Assembly: GCA_964016885.1 (NCBI GenBank)
Contig: OZ024740.1
Span: forward strand, 8,680,001-8,744,000
Direction: 5' to 3'
DNA: 64,000 nucleotides
Source: Eledone cirrhosa
Lineage: Eukaryota
In this document: positions 1-14,957 of the stretch, in pieces
Layout of the letters: the number at the start of each line of letters is the position of its first letter
Position numbering within the stretch: the first letter of the stretch is position 1
Notes under the pieces: generated by a model
Databases searched by the model: none
What the model was told of the DNA's origin: nothing
Seen by the model: only the letters and a program-made list of their open reading frames with translations
Made by a program: the position numbers and the translations under genes

Positions 1-3000
1 GTATGTCAGTTTCTATTGGTATATCAGTTTCGATTAATTTATCAGTTTCTATTGGTAGAAAGTTTTGATTGGTATGTCAGTTTCTATTGGTATATCAGTT
101 TCTATTGGTATGTCTGTTTCTATTGGTATGTCTGTTTCTATTGGTATATCAGTTTCGATTGGTTTATCAGTTCCGATTGGTATGTCAATTTTGATTGGTA
201 TATCAGTTTGGATTGGTATATCAGTTACGATCGGTATGTCAGTTTCGATTGCTATGTCAGTTTCGATTGTTAGATCAGTTTTGAATGGTATGTCAATCTC
301 GATTGGTATGTCAATTTCGATTGGTATATCAGTTTCGATTAGTATGTTAATTTATATTGATATATCAGTTTCGATTGGTATATCAGTTGCGATTGGTATG
401 TCAGTTTCTATTGGTATGTCAGTTTCTATTGGTATATCAGTTCCTGTTGTATATCAGTTTCGATTAGTATGTCAGTTTCGAATGGTATGTCAGTTTCTAT
501 TGGTATATCAGTTCCTATTGTATGTCAGTTTCGATTACTATATCAGTTTCTATTGGTATGTCAGTTTAGATTGGTATGTCAGTTTCTAATGGTATATCAG
601 TTTCGATTGGTATGTTAGCTTCTATTGGTATGTCAGTTTCGATTAGTATGTCAGTTTATATTGGTTTATCAGTTTCGGTTGGTATATCAGTTTAGATTGG
701 TATGTAAGTTTCTATTGGTATGTCAGTTTCGATTAGTTTATCAGTTTCTATTGGTATGTCAGTTTCGATTGATATGTCAGTTTCTATTGTTATATCAGTT
801 TCTATTGGTATATCTGTATCTGTTGGTATATCAGTTTAGATTGGTATATCAGTTTCGATTGGTATGTCAGTTTCAATTGGTATGTCAGTTTCGATTAGTA
901 TGTCAGTTTCAATTGGTATGTCAGTTTCGATTAGTTTATCAGTTTCTATTGGTATGTCTGTTTCGATAGGTATGTCAGGTTTCTATAGGTATATCAGTTT
1001 CAATTGGTATGTCAGTTTCTATTGGAATGTCAGTTTCAATTGGTAGGTCAGTTTCTATTGGTATGACAGTTTCGATTAGTATATCACTTTCTAATTGTAT
1101 GTCAGTTTCGATAGGTATGTCAGGTTTCTATTGGTATATCAGTTTCAATTGGTATGACAGTTTCTATTGGAATGTCAGTTTCAATTGGTATGTCAGTTTC
1201 TATTGGTATATCAGTTTCGATTGGTATATCAGTTTCTATTGGTATGTCAGTTTCGATTGGTATGTCAGTTTCTATTGGTATATCAGTTTCTATTGGTATG
1301 TCTGTTTCTATTGGTATGTCAGATTCTATTGGTATATCAGTTTCGATTCGTTTATCAGTTCCGATTGGTATGTCAATTTCGATTGGTATATCAGTTCGGA
1401 TTGGTATATCAGTTTCGATCGGTATGTCAGTTTCGATTGCTATGTCAGTTTCGATTGTCATATCAGTTTTGAATGGTATGTCAATCTTGATTGGTATGTC
1501 AATTTCGATTGGTATATCAGTTTCGATTAGTATGTCAGTTTCTATTGGGATATCACTTTCGAATAGTATATCAGTTTCTATTGGTATGTCAGTTTCTAAT
1601 GATATATCAGTTGCGATTAGTATATCAGTTTCTATTGGTATGTCAGTTTCGATTGGTATGTCAGTCTCGATTGTTATGTGAGTTTCAATTGTTATGTCAG
1701 TTTCGTTGGTATACCAGTTTCGATTGGTATATCAGTTTAGATTTGTATGTCAGTTTCGATTGGTATGTCAGTTTCGATAGGTATATCAGTTTCGATTGGT
1801 ATGTCAGTTTCGACTGGTATATTAGTTTCGAATGGTATGTCAATCTTGATTGGTATGTCAGTTTCGCATGGTATGTCAGTTTCTATTGTTATATCTGTTT
1901 CGATTGGTATGACAGTTTCGATTAGAATATCAGTTTCTATAAGTATGTCAGTTTCTATTGGTATATCAGTTTCGATTGGTATATGAGTTTCGATCGGTAT
2001 GTCAGTCTCGGTTGGTATGTCAGTTTCTATTGGTATATCAGTTTCGTTTGTTATATCAGTTTCGATTAGTATGTCAGTTTCTATTGGTATGTCAGTTTGG
2101 ATTAGTTTATCAGTTTCTATTGGTATGTCAATTTCGATTGGTACGTCAGTTTCTATTGGTATATCAGTTTCTATTGGTATATCAGTTTCTATTGGTATGT
2201 CAGTTTCGATTGGTATGTCAGACTCGATTGTTATGTCAGTTTCGATTGGTATGTCAGTTTCGATTGGTATATCAGTTTCGATTGGTATGTCAGTTTCGAT
2301 TGGTATGTCAGTTTCGATTGGTATATCAGTTTCGATTGGTATATCAGTTTCGATTGGTATGTCAGTTTCGATTGGTATGTCAGACTCGATTGTTATATCA
2401 GTTTCGATTGGTATGTCAGTTTCGATTGGTATACGAGTTTCGATTGGTATGTCAGTTTAGATTGGTATGTCAGTTTCGATTGGTATATGAGTTTCGAATG
2501 GTATGTCAATCTCGATTGGTATGTCTGTTTCTATTGGTATGTCTGTTTCGATTGAAATATCAGTTCCGATTGGAATGTCAATTTCTATTGGTATGTCAGT
2601 TTGGATTGGTATATCAGTTTCGATCGGTATGTCAGTTTCGATTGCTATGTCAGTTTCGATTGTTACATCAGTTTTGAATGGTATGTCAATCTCGATTGGT
2701 ATGACAATTTCGATTGGTATATCAGTTTCTGTTGGTATGTCAGTTCTGATTGGTACTTCAGTTTCTATTGGTATATCAGTTTCGATTGATATATCAGTTT
2801 CGATTAGTATGTCAGTTTCTATTGGTATGTCAGTTTCGATTAGTTTATCAGTTTCTATTGGTATGTCAGTTTTCGATTTGTATGTCAGTTTCTATTGATA
2901 TATCAGTTTCTATTCGTATGTCTGTTTCTATTGGTATGTCTGTTTCTATTTGTATATCAGTTTCGATTGGTATATCAATTCCGATTGGTATGTCAATTTC

Positions 3001-6000
3001 GATTGGTATGTCAGTTTGGATTGGTATATCAGTTTCGATCGGTATGTCAGTTTTGATTGGTATGTCAATTTCGATTGGTATATCAGTTTCGATTAGTATG
3101 TCAGTTTCTATTAGTATGTCAGTTTCGATTGATATATCAGTTTCGATTTGTATGTCAGTTTCTATTGGTATGTCTGTTTCTATTGGTATATCAGTTTCTA
3201 TTGGTATGTCTGTTTCTATTGGTATGTCTGTTTCTATTGGTTTATCAGTTCCGATTGGTATGTCAGTTTCTATTGGTATGTCTGTTTCTATTGCTATATC
3301 AGTTTTGATTGGTATATCAGTTTCGATTGGTATATCAGTTTCGATTGGTATGTCAATTTCGATTGGTATATCAGTTTTGAATGGAATGTCAATCTCGATT
3401 GGTATGTCAATTTCGATTGGTATATCAGTTTCGATTAGTATGTCAGTTTCTATTGGGATATCAGTTTCGAATGGTATATCAGTTTCAATTGGTATGTCAG
3501 TTTCTATTGGAATGTCAGTTTCAATTGGAAGGTTAGTTTCTATTGGTATGTCAGTTTCGATTAGTATATCAGTTTCTATTGGTATGTCAGTCTCGATTGG
3601 TATGTCAGTCTCGATTGTTATGTCAGTTTCGATTGTTATGTCAGTTTCGATTGGTATACCAGTTTCGATTGGTATATCAGTTTAAATTGGTATGTCAGTT
3701 TCGATTGGTATGTCAGTTTCGATTGGTATATCAGTTTGGATTGGTATGTCAGTTTCGATTGGTATATCAGTTTCGAATGGTATGTCAATCTCGATTGGTA
3801 TGTCAGTTTCGAATGGTATGTCAGTTTTGAATGGTATGTCAGTTTCTATTGGTATGTCTGTTTCGATTGGTATGACACTTTCTATTAGAATATCAGTTTC
3901 GTTTGATATATCAGTTTCTATTGGTATGTCAGTTTTGATTGGTATGTCAGTTTCTATTGGTATATCAATTTCTATTGATATATCAGTTTCGATTAGTATG
4001 TCAGTTTCTATTGGTATATCAGTTTCGATTAATTTATCAGTTTCTATTGGTAGTCAGTTTCGATTGGTATGTCAGTTTCTATTGGTATATCAGTTTCTAT
4101 TGGTATGTCTGTTTCTATTGGTATGTCTGTTTCTATTGGTATATCAGTTTCGATTGGTTTATCAGTTCCGATTGGTATGTCAATTTCGATTGGTATATCA
4201 GTTTGGATTGGTATATCAGTTACGATCGGTATGTCAGTTTCGATTGCTATGTCAGTTTCGATTGTTATATCAATTTAGAATGGTATGTCAATCTCGATTA
4301 GTATGTCAATTTCGATTGGTATATCAGTTTCGATTAGTATGTTAATTTCTATTGATATATCAGTTTCGATTGGTATATCAGTTGCGATTGGTATGTCAGT
4401 TTCTATTGGTATGTCTGTTTCTATTGCTATATCAGTTGTGATTGGTATATCAGTTTCGATTGGTATATCAGTGTCGATTGGTATGTCAATTTCGATTGGT
4501 ATATCAGTTTCGATTAGTATGTCAATTTCTATTGGGATATCACTTTCGAATGGTATATCAGTTTCAATTGGTATGTCAGTTTCGATTAGTATATCAGTTT
4601 CTATTGGTATGTCAGTTTCGATTGGTATGTCAGTCTCGATTTTTATGTCAGTTTCGATTGTTATGTCAGTTTCGTTGGTATACCAGTTTCGATTGGTATA
4701 TCAGTTTAGATTGGTATGTCAGTTTCGATTGGTAAGTCAGTTTCGATTGGTATATCAGTTTCGATTGGTATGTCAGTTTCGATTGGTATATCAGTTTCGA
4801 ATGGTATGTCAATCTCGATTGGTATGTCAGTTTCGAATGGTATGTCAGTTTCTATTGTTATATCTGCTTCGATTGGTATGACAGTTTCGATTAGAAAATC
4901 AGTTTCTATAAGTATGTCAGTTTCTATTGGTATATCAGTTTCGATTGGTATATCAGTTTCGATTGGTATGTCAGTTTCTATTGGTATATCAGTTTCGTTT
5001 GTTATATCAGTTTCGATTAGTACGTCAGTTTCTATTGGTATGTCACTTTCGATTGGTATGTCAGTTTCTATTGGTATATCAGTTTCTATTGGTATATCAG
5101 TTTCTATTGGTATGTCTGTTTCTATTGCTATATCAGTTTCGATTGGTATATCAGTTTCGATTAATATATCAGTTTCGATTGGTATGTCAGTTTCGAATGA
5201 TATGTCAGTTTCGAATGGTATGTCAGTTTCTATTGGTATGTCTGTTTCGGTTGGTATGACACTTTCTATTAGAATATCAGTTACGTTTGATATATCAGTT
5301 TCTATTGGTATGTCAGTTTTGATTGGTATGTCAGTTTCTATTGGTATATCAATTTCTATTGATATATCACTTTCGATTAGTATGTCAGTTTCTATTGGTA
5401 TATCAGTTTCGATTAATTTATCAGTTTCTATTGGTAGTCAGTTTCGATTGGTATGTCAGTTTCTATTGGTATATCAGGTTCTATTGGTATGTCTGTTTCT
5501 ATTGGTATGTCTGTTTCTATTGGTTCATCAGTTCCGACTGGTGTGTCAATTTCGATTGGTATATCAATTTGGATTGGTATATCAGTTTCGATCGGTATGT
5601 CAGTTTCGATTGCTATGTCAGTTTAGATTGTTATATCAGTTTTGAATGGTATGTCAATCTCGATTGGTATGTCAATTTCGATTGGTATATCAGTTTCGAT
5701 TAGTATGTTAATTTCTATTGATATATCAGTTTCGATTGGTATATCAGTTGCGATTGGTATGTCAGTTTCTATTGGTATGTCTGTTTCTATTGCTATATCA
5801 GTTTTGATTAGTATATCAGTTTCGATTGGTATATCAGTGTCGATTGGTATGTCAATTTTGATAGGTATATCAGTTTCGATTAGTATGTCAGTTTCTATTG
5901 GGATATCACTTTCGAATGGTATATCAGTTTCAATTGGTATGTCAGTTTCTAATGATATATCAGTTTCTATTGGTATGTCAGTTTCTATTGGTATATCAGT

Positions 6001-9000
6001 TTCAATTGGTATGTCAGTTTCGATTAGTATATCAGTTTCTATTGGTATGTCAGTTTCGATTGGTATGTCAGTCTTGATTGTTATGTCAGTTTCGATTGTC
6101 ATGTCAGTTTCGTTGGTATACCAGTTTCGAATGGTATGTCAATCTCGATTGGTATGTCAGTTTCGAATGGTATGTCAGTTACTATTGTTATATCTGCTTC
6201 GATTGGTATGATAGTTTCGATTAGAAAATCAGTTTCTATAAGTATGTCAGTTTCTATTGGTATATCAGTTTCGATTGGTATATCAGTTTCGATTGGTATG
6301 TCAGTTTCTATTGGTATATCAATTTCGTTTGTTATATCAGTTTCGATTAGTACGTCAGTTTCTATTGCTATGTCAGTTTCGATTAGTTCATCAGTTTCTA
6401 TTGGTATGTCAGTTTCGATTGGTATGTCAGTTTCTATTGGTATATCAGTTTCTATTGGTATATCAGTTTCTATTGGTATGTCTGTTTCTATTGCTATATC
6501 AGCTTCGATTGGTATATCAGTTTCGATTAATATATCAGTTTCGTTTGGTATGTCAGTTTCGATTGGTATGTCAGACTCGATTGTTATGTCAGTTTCGATT
6601 GGTATGTCAGTTCCGATTGGTATACGAGTTTCGATTGGTATATCAGTTTAGATTTGTATGTCAGTTTCGATTGGTATATCAGTTTCGAATGGTATGTCAA
6701 TCTCGATTGGTATGTCTGTTTCTATTGGTATGTCTGTTTCGATTGAAATATCAGTTCCGATTGGTATGTCAATTTCGACTGGTATGTCAGTTTGGATTGG
6801 TATATCAGTTTCGATCGGTATGTCAGTTTCGATTGCTATGTCAGTTTCAATTGTTATATCAGTTTTGAATGGTATGTCAATCTCGATTGGTATGTCAATT
6901 TCGATTGCTATATCAGTTTCGATTAGTATGTCAGTTTCTATTGGTATATCAGTTTCGGTTGGTATATCAGTTTCTGTTCGTATGTCAGTTTTCGATTGGT
7001 ATGTCAGTTTCTATTGGTATATCAGTTTCTATTGGTATGTCTGTTTCTATTGGTATGTCTGTTTCTATTTGTATATCAGTTTCGATTGGTATATCAATTC
7101 CGATTGGTATGTCAATTTCGATTGGTATGTCAATTTGGATTGGTATATCAGTTTCGATCGGTATGTCAGTTTCGATTGGTATGTCAATTTCGATTTGTAT
7201 ATCAGTTTCGATTAGTATGTCAGTTTCTATTGATATATCAATTTCGATTGGTATATCAGTTTCGATTAGTATGTCAGTTTCTATTGGGATATCAGTTTCG
7301 AATGGTATATCAGTTTCAATTGGTATGTCAGTTTCTATTGGAATGTCAGTTTCAATTGGTAGGTTAGTTTCTATTGGTATGTCAGTTTCGATTAGTATAT
7401 GAGTTTCTATTGGTATGTCAGTCTCGATTGGTATGTCAGTCTCGATTGTTATGTCAGTTTCGATTGTTATGTCAGTTTCGATTGGTATACCAGTTTCGAG
7501 TGGTATATTAGTTTAAATTGGTATGTCAGTTTCGATTGGTATGTCAGTTTCGATTGGTATATCAGTTTGGATTGGTATGTCAGTTTCGATTGGTATATCA
7601 GTTTCGAATGGTATGTCAATCTCAATTGGTATGTCAGTTTCGAATGGTATGTCAGTTTTGAATGGTATGTCAGTTTCTATTGGTATGTCTGTTTCGATTA
7701 GTATGACACTTTCTATTAGAATATCAGTTTCGTTTGATATATCAGTTTCTATTGGTATGTCAGTTTTGATTGGTATGTCAGTTTCTATTGGTATATCAAT
7801 TTCTATTGATATATCAGTTTCGATTAGTATGTCAGTTTCTATTGGTATATCAGTTTCCATTAATTTATCAGTTTCTATTGGTACTCAGTTTCGATTGGCA
7901 TGTCAGTTTCTATTGGTATATCAGTTTCTATTGGTATGTCAGTTTCAATTGCTATGTCAGTTTCGATTGTTATATCAGTTTTAAATGGTATGTCAATCTC
8001 GATTGGTATGTCAATTTCGATTGGTTAATCAGTTTCGATTAGTATGTTAATTTCTATTGATATATCAGTTTCGATTGGTATATCAGTTGCGATTGGTATG
8101 TCAGTTTCTATTGGTATGTCTGTTTCTATTGCTATATCAGTTGTGATTGGTATATCAGTTTCGATTGTTATATCAGTGTCGATTGGTATGTCAATTTCGA
8201 TTGGTATATCAGTTTCGATTAGTATGTCAGTTTCTATTGGGATATCACTTTCGAATGGTATATCAGTTTCAATTGGTATGTCAGTTTCTAATGATATATC
8301 AGTTTCTATTGGTATGTCAGTTTCTATTGGTATATCAGTTTCAATTGGTATGTCAGTTTCGATTAGTATATCAGTTTCTATTGGTATGTCAGTTTCGATT
8401 GGTATGTCAGTCTCAATTGTTATGTCAGTTTCGATTGTTATGTCAGTTTCGTTGGTATACCAGTTTTGATTGGTATATCAGTTTAGATTGGTATGTAAGT
8501 TTCGATTGGTAAGTCAGTTTCGATTGGTATATCAGTTTCGATTTGTATGTCAGTTTCTATTGGTATATCAGTTTCTATTGGTATATCAGTTTCGATTGGT
8601 ATGTCAGTTTCTATTGGTATATCAATTTCGTTTGTTATATCAGTTTCGATTAGTACGTCAGTTTCTATTGGTATGTCAGTTTCGATTAGTTTATCAGTTT
8701 CTATTGGTATGTCAGTTTTGATTGGTATGTCAGTTTCTATTGGTATATCAGTTTCTATTGGTATGTCTGTTTCTATTGCTATATCAGCTTCGATTGGTAT
8801 ATCAGTTTCGATTGGTATGTCAGTTTCGATTGGTATGTCTGACTCGATTGTTATGTCAGTTTCGATTGGTATGTCAGTTCCGATTGGTATACGAGTTTCG
8901 ATTGGTATATCAGTTTAGATTTGTATGTCAGTTTCGATTGGTATATCAGTTTCGAATGGTATGTCAATCTCGGTTGGTATGTCTGTTTCTATTGGTATGT

Positions 9001-12000
9001 CTGTTTCGATTGAAATATCATTTCCAATTGGTATGTCAATTTCGACTGGTATGTCAGTTTGGATTGGTATATCAGTTTCGATCGGTATGTCAGTTTCGAT
9101 TGCTATGTCAGTTTCAATTGTTATATCAGTTTTGAATGGTATGTCAATCTCGATTGGTATGTCAATTTCGATTGCTATGTCAGTTTCGATTAGTATGTCA
9201 GTTTCTATTGGTATATCAGTTTCGATTGGTATATCAGTTTCTGTTGGTATGTCAGTTTTCGATTGGTATGTCAGTTTCTATTGGTATATCAGTTTCTATT
9301 GGTATGTCTGTTTCTATTGGTATGTCTGTTTCTATTTGTATATCAGTTTCGATTGGTATATCAATTCCGATTGGTATGTCAATTTCGATTGGTATGTCAA
9401 TTTGGATTGGTATATCAGTTTCGATCGGTATGTCAGTTTCGATTGGTATGTCAATTTCGACTTGTATATCAGTTTCGATTAGTATGTCAGTTTCTATTGA
9501 TATATCAATTTCGATTGGTATATCAGTTTCGATTAGTATGTCAGTTTCTATTGGGATATCAGTTTCGAATGGTATATCAGTTTCAATTGGTATGTCAGTT
9601 TCTATTGGAATGTCAGTTTCAATTGGTAGGTTAGTTTCTATTGGTATGGCAGTTTCGATTAGTATATCAGTTTCTATTGGTATGTCAGTCTCGATTGGTA
9701 TGTCAGTCTCGATTGTTATGTCAGTTTCGATTGTTATGTCAGTTTCGATTGGTATACCAGTTTCGATTGGTATATCAGTTTCGATTGGTATGTCAGTTTC
9801 TATTGGTATATCAGTGTCGTTTGATAGATCAGTTTCGATTAGTATGTCAGTTTCTATTGGTATGTCAGTTGCGATTAGTTTATCAGTCTCTATTGGTATG
9901 TCAGTTTCGATTGGTGTGTCAGTTTCTATTGTTATATCAGTTTCTATTGGAATATCTGTATCTATTGGTATATCAGTTTCGATTGGTATGTAAGTTTCGA
10001 TTAGTATATAAGTTTCTATAAGTATGTCAGTTTCTATTGGTATGTCAGTTTGGGATTGGTATGTCAGTTTCAATTAGTATGTCAGTTTCTATTGGTATGT
10101 CAGTTTTGATTAGTTTATCAGTTTCTATTGGTATGTCAGTTTCGATACGTATGTCACGTTTCTATTGGTATATCAGTTTCAATTGGTATGTCAGTTTCTA
10201 TTGGAATGTCAGTTTCAATTGGTAGGTCAGTTTCTATTGGTATGTCAGTTTCGATTAGTCTATCAGTTTCTATTTGTATGTCAGTTTCAATACGTATGTC
10301 AGGTTTCTATTGGTATATCCGTTTCAATTGGTATGTCAGTTTCTATTGGAATGTCAGTTTCAATTGGTATGTCAGTTTCTATTGGTATACCAGTTTCGAT
10401 TGGTATATCAGTTTAGATTGGTATGTCAGTTTCGATTGGTATATCAGTTTCGAATGGTATGTCAATCTCGATTGGTATGTCAGTTTCGAATGGTATGTCA
10501 GTTTCTATTGGTATATCATATTCGATTGGTATGACACTTTCAATTTGTATATCAGTTTCTATAAGTATGTCAGTTTCTATTGGTATATCAGTTTCGATTG
10601 GTATATCAGTTTCTATTGGTATGTCAGTTTTTATTGGTATGTCAGTTTCTATTGGTATATAAATTTCTATTGATATATCAGTTTCGATTAGTATGTCAGT
10701 TTCTATTGTTATATCAGTTTCGATTAATTTATCAGTTTCTATTGGTACGTCAGTTTCGATTGGTATGTCAGTTTCTCTTGGTATATCAGTTTCAATTGGT
10801 ATGACTGATTCTATTGGTATGTCTGTTTCTATTGGTATATCAGTTTCGATTGGTTTATCATTACTGATTGGTATGTCAATTTCGATTGGTATATCAGTTT
10901 GGATTGGTATTTCAGTTTCGATTAGTATGTCAGTTTCTATTGATATATCAATTTCGATTGGTATATCAGTTTCGATTAGTATGTCAGTTTCTATTGGGAT
11001 ATCAGTTTCGAATGGTATATCAGTTTCAATCGGTATGTCAGTTTCTATTGGAATATCAGTTTCAATTCGTAGGTCAGTTTCTATTGGTATGTCAGTTTCA
11101 ATTAGTATATCAGTTTCTATTGGTATGTCAGTTTCGATAGTTATGTCAGTTTCGATTGTTATGTCAGTTTTGATTGGTATACCAGTTTCGATTGGTATAT
11201 CAGTTTAAATTGGTATGTCAGTTTTGATTGGTATGTCAGTTTCGATTGGTATATCAGTTTGGATTGGTATGTCAGTTTCGATTGGTATATCAGTTTCTAA
11301 TGTTATGTCAATCTCGATTGGTATATTCAGTTTCGAATGGTACGTCAGTTTCTATTGGTATGTCTGTTTCGATTGGTATCACAGTTTCTATTAGAATATC
11401 CGTTTCTATAAGTATATCAGTTTCTTTAAGTATATCAGTTTCGATTGGTATATCAGTTTCGATTGGTATGTCAGTTTCGATTGGTATGTCAGTTTCTATT
11501 GGTATATCAGTTTCGTTTGATATATCAGTTTTGATTAGTATGTCAGTTTCTATTGGTATGTCAGTTGCTATTAGTTTATCAGTCTCTATTGGTATGTCAG
11601 TTTCGATTGGTGTGTCAGTTTCTATTGTTATATCAGTTTCTATTGGTATATCAGTTTCTATTGGTATGTCTGTTTCTATTGCTATATCAGCTTCGATTGG
11701 TATATCAGTTTCGATTAATATATCAGTTTAGATTGGTATGTCAGTTTCGATTGGTATGTCAGACTCGATTGTTATGTCAGTTTCGATTGGTATGTCAGTT
11801 CCGATTGGTATACGAGTTTCGATTGGTATATCAGTTTAGATTTGTATGTCAGTTTCGATTGGTATATCAGTTCCGATTGGTATGTCAATTTCGACTGGTA
11901 TGTCTGTTTCTATTGGTATGTCAGTTTCGATTGGTATATCCGTTCCGATTGGTATATCAATCTTGATTGGTATGTCTGTTTCTATTGGTATGTCTGTTTC

Positions 12001-12950
12001 GATTGAAATATCAGTTCCGATTGGTATGTCAATTTCGACTGGTATGTCAGTTTGGATTGGTATATCAGTTTCGATTGGTATGTCAGTTTCGATTGCTATG
12101 TCAGTTTCAATTGTTATATCAGTTTTGAATGGTATGTCAATCTCGATTGGTATGTCAATTTCTATTGCTATATCAGTTTCGATTAGTATGTCAGTTTCTA
12201 TTGGTATATCAGTTTCGATTGGTATATCAGTTTCTGTTGGTATGTCAGTTTTCGATTGGTATGTCAGTTTCTATTGGTATACCAGTTTCTATTGGTATGT
12301 CTGTTTCTATTGGTATGTCTGTTTCTATTTGTATATCAGTTTCGATTGGTATATCAATTCCGATTGGTATGTCAATTTCGATTGGTATGTCAATTTGGAT
12401 TGGTATATCAGTTTTGATCGCTATGTCAGTTTCGATTGGTATGTCAATTTCGATTTGTATATCAGTTTCGATTAGTATGTCAGTTTCTATTGATATATCA
12501 ATTTCGATTGGTATATCAGTTTCGATTAGTATGTCAGTTTCTATTGGAATGTCAGTTTCAATTGGTAGGTTAGTTTCTATTGGTATGTCAGTTTCGATTA
12601 GTATATCAGTTTCTATTGGTATGTCAGTCTCGATTGGTATGTCAGTGTCGATTGTTATGTCAGTTTCGATTGTTATGTCATTTTCGATTGGTATACCAGT
12701 TTCGATTGGTATATCAGTTTAAATTGGTATGTCAGTTTTGATTGTTATGTCAGTTTCGATTGGTATATCAGTTTGGATTGGTATGTCAGTTTCGATTGGT
12801 ATATCAGTTTCGAATGGTATGTCAATCTCGATTGGTATGTCAGTTTCGAATGGTATGTCAGTTTCGAATGGTATGTCAGTTTCTATTGGTATGTCTGTTT
12901 CGATTGGTATGACACTTTCTATTAGAATATCAGTTTCGTTTGATATATCA

Positions 12951-14627
12951 ATAGAGGGACCAGCAGTGTTAGTCGAGGGGAGTATAATAAGTAAGGCAAT
13001 CAAGGATATGAAGACTGGTAAGGCGGCTGGGCCTTCGGAAATAGTTACTGAGATGCTGAAGGCATCTGGCACGGTGGGACACACCATGGTCACCCGCATA
13101 GTTAACCAAGTCGTACAGAACGGGGTTGTTCCGAAGGACTGGCATAGCAGCATCATCGTTAACTGTTATAAGGGTAAAGGAGACGCCCTAGATAGGAGTA
13201 ACTATAGAGGCATTAAATTAATCGACCAGGTCATGAAGGTCACGGAAAGAGTAATAGCGCAACTAATCAGAGAGAGAATTGACCTAGATGAAATGCAGTT
13301 CGGGTTTGTGTCAGGCAAAAGTACCACAGACGCTCTTTTCATAGTACGACAACTACAAGAGAAGTACCTAGCTAAAGGTAAACCCCTCTACTTAGCTTTT
13401 GTCGACTTGGAGAAAGCCTTCGACAGAGTCCCCCGCTCCATTATCTGGTGGGCTCTTAGAAAACTAGGCGTTGACGAATGGCTTGTGAGGGCTATACAAG
13501 CCATGTATAAAGAAACAGTCAGCAAGGTTAGAATTAACAACGAATATAGTGAAGAGTTTAGCGTAAAAGTCGGCGTCCATCAGGGCTCTGTTCTCAGTCC
13601 ACTACTATTTATTATTGCCCTTCAGGCCATAACAGAGGAGTTCAAGACAGGCTGCCCATGGGAACTCCTATACGCAGACGACCTGACACTCATAGCGGAA
13701 TCAATGGCCGAGCTAGAGAAGAAATTCCAAACATGGAAGCACGGCCTAGAGTCAAAAGGACTTAAAATTAACCTGGCTAAGACCAAAGTACTAGTTTGTA
13801 GGAAAGAAAACAAGGCGGCGGTCCCTTCTGGGAAATGGTCGTGCTCGGTGTGTAGGAAAGGCGTAGGTAGAAACTCCATTTTATGTCCTAAATGCAAAGT
13901 ATGGGTGCATAAAAGATGTAGTGGGATCACAGGTAGGCTAACTAAGAACATAGATTTTACATGTGGCCGGTGCTCTGGTGCAATAAGTAGCAGCAAGTGC
14001 CCACAAACTACTAGCTCTTTCAATTGCGCAGAGGGTTCTATAGAAATAGTGGACAGCTTCCGTTACCTGGGCGATAAGATCAGCAGTGGGGGAGGGTGCT
14101 CTGAAAGTACTGTAGCTAGAGTCAGAACTGGTTGGAAAAAGTTCAGAGAGCTTATACCACTATTAGCTGCTAAAGGGTTCTCACTAAAAATGAAAGGCAG
14201 GTTGTACGATGCCTGCATACGAACAGCAATGCTGCATGGCAGTGAGACCTGGGCATTGTGTGCAGAGGATATACGCAGACTAGAGAGGAACGAAGCTTGC
14301 ATGCTCCGCTGGATGTGTAACAGTAATATACGTGAACGGCAAAGCATAAACGAACTAAGGAATAAATTAGAGATAAGAGGGATCAGATGTTGTTTACTCG
14401 AGAGAAGGCTACGTTGGTATGGACACGTGATGCGCATGAAAGTCGATAGCTGTATAACAAAGTGCAGGGCAATGAAGATAGACGGTAGTCACGGAATAGG
14501 CAGACCTAGAAAAACCTGGGACGAGCTGATAAACTCCGACATCACACACCTACACCTCTCCAAGACAATGTCACTGGACCGAGACCTTTGGCGGTACTCA
14601 GTAACAGAGAAGACCCGCCTTACCTAA
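12951..14627 (+). pseudogene. RTE ORF fragment: reverse transcriptase with embedded PHD-type finger; endonuclease missing; frame uninterrupted
   Basis: Motifs NYRGIKL, QFGF, FVDLEKAFDRV, GVHQGSVLSPLLF, LLYADD, FRYLG and RTE-type C-terminus RRLRWYGHVMRM...GRPRKTW. The upstream MSVSIG part of ORF 12729..14627 is satellite read-through. Confidence 0.93.
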
Positions 14628-14957
14628 ATATATAGTAAAACCTACTCCAGCCAGTAGGCATCTCTAACAAAATACACCCCGTCCCACCACCCCCACCCGA
14701 TCCACACCACCCCGTTCTATGTAAAGTTATGTTGGTGCCGCGCCATCGAGGCCGAAACAAATGAGATCGTGTAGGTGTCACGACAAAAAAACACACAGTC
14801 CACGCTGTAATGTGGCCGTGTAGGCAACAGGGTAAAAACCTCCCAGACCCACACTGTAAATGTGGTTGGTGTTAGGAAGGGCATCCAACTGTAGAAAACC
14901 TGCCAGACAGTCCTATGCGAGCAAGACAATCACTCTTGCCTCAAGTGGGACTACCCC

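Noticed and set aside
12951-14627. Bacterial RT system (retron, DGR, group II intron) or telomerase generating the repeats
   Set aside because: The APE domain, RTE-type C-terminus, 5' truncations and (GAT)n tails identify non-LTR retrotransposons. No template for the 18-mer is seen within the elements.
13622-14929. Antisense ORFs over the LINE copies (also 27355-31008, 40820-43028, 60830-61330)
   Set aside because: Shadow frames of the RT and UTR with no recognisable motifs.
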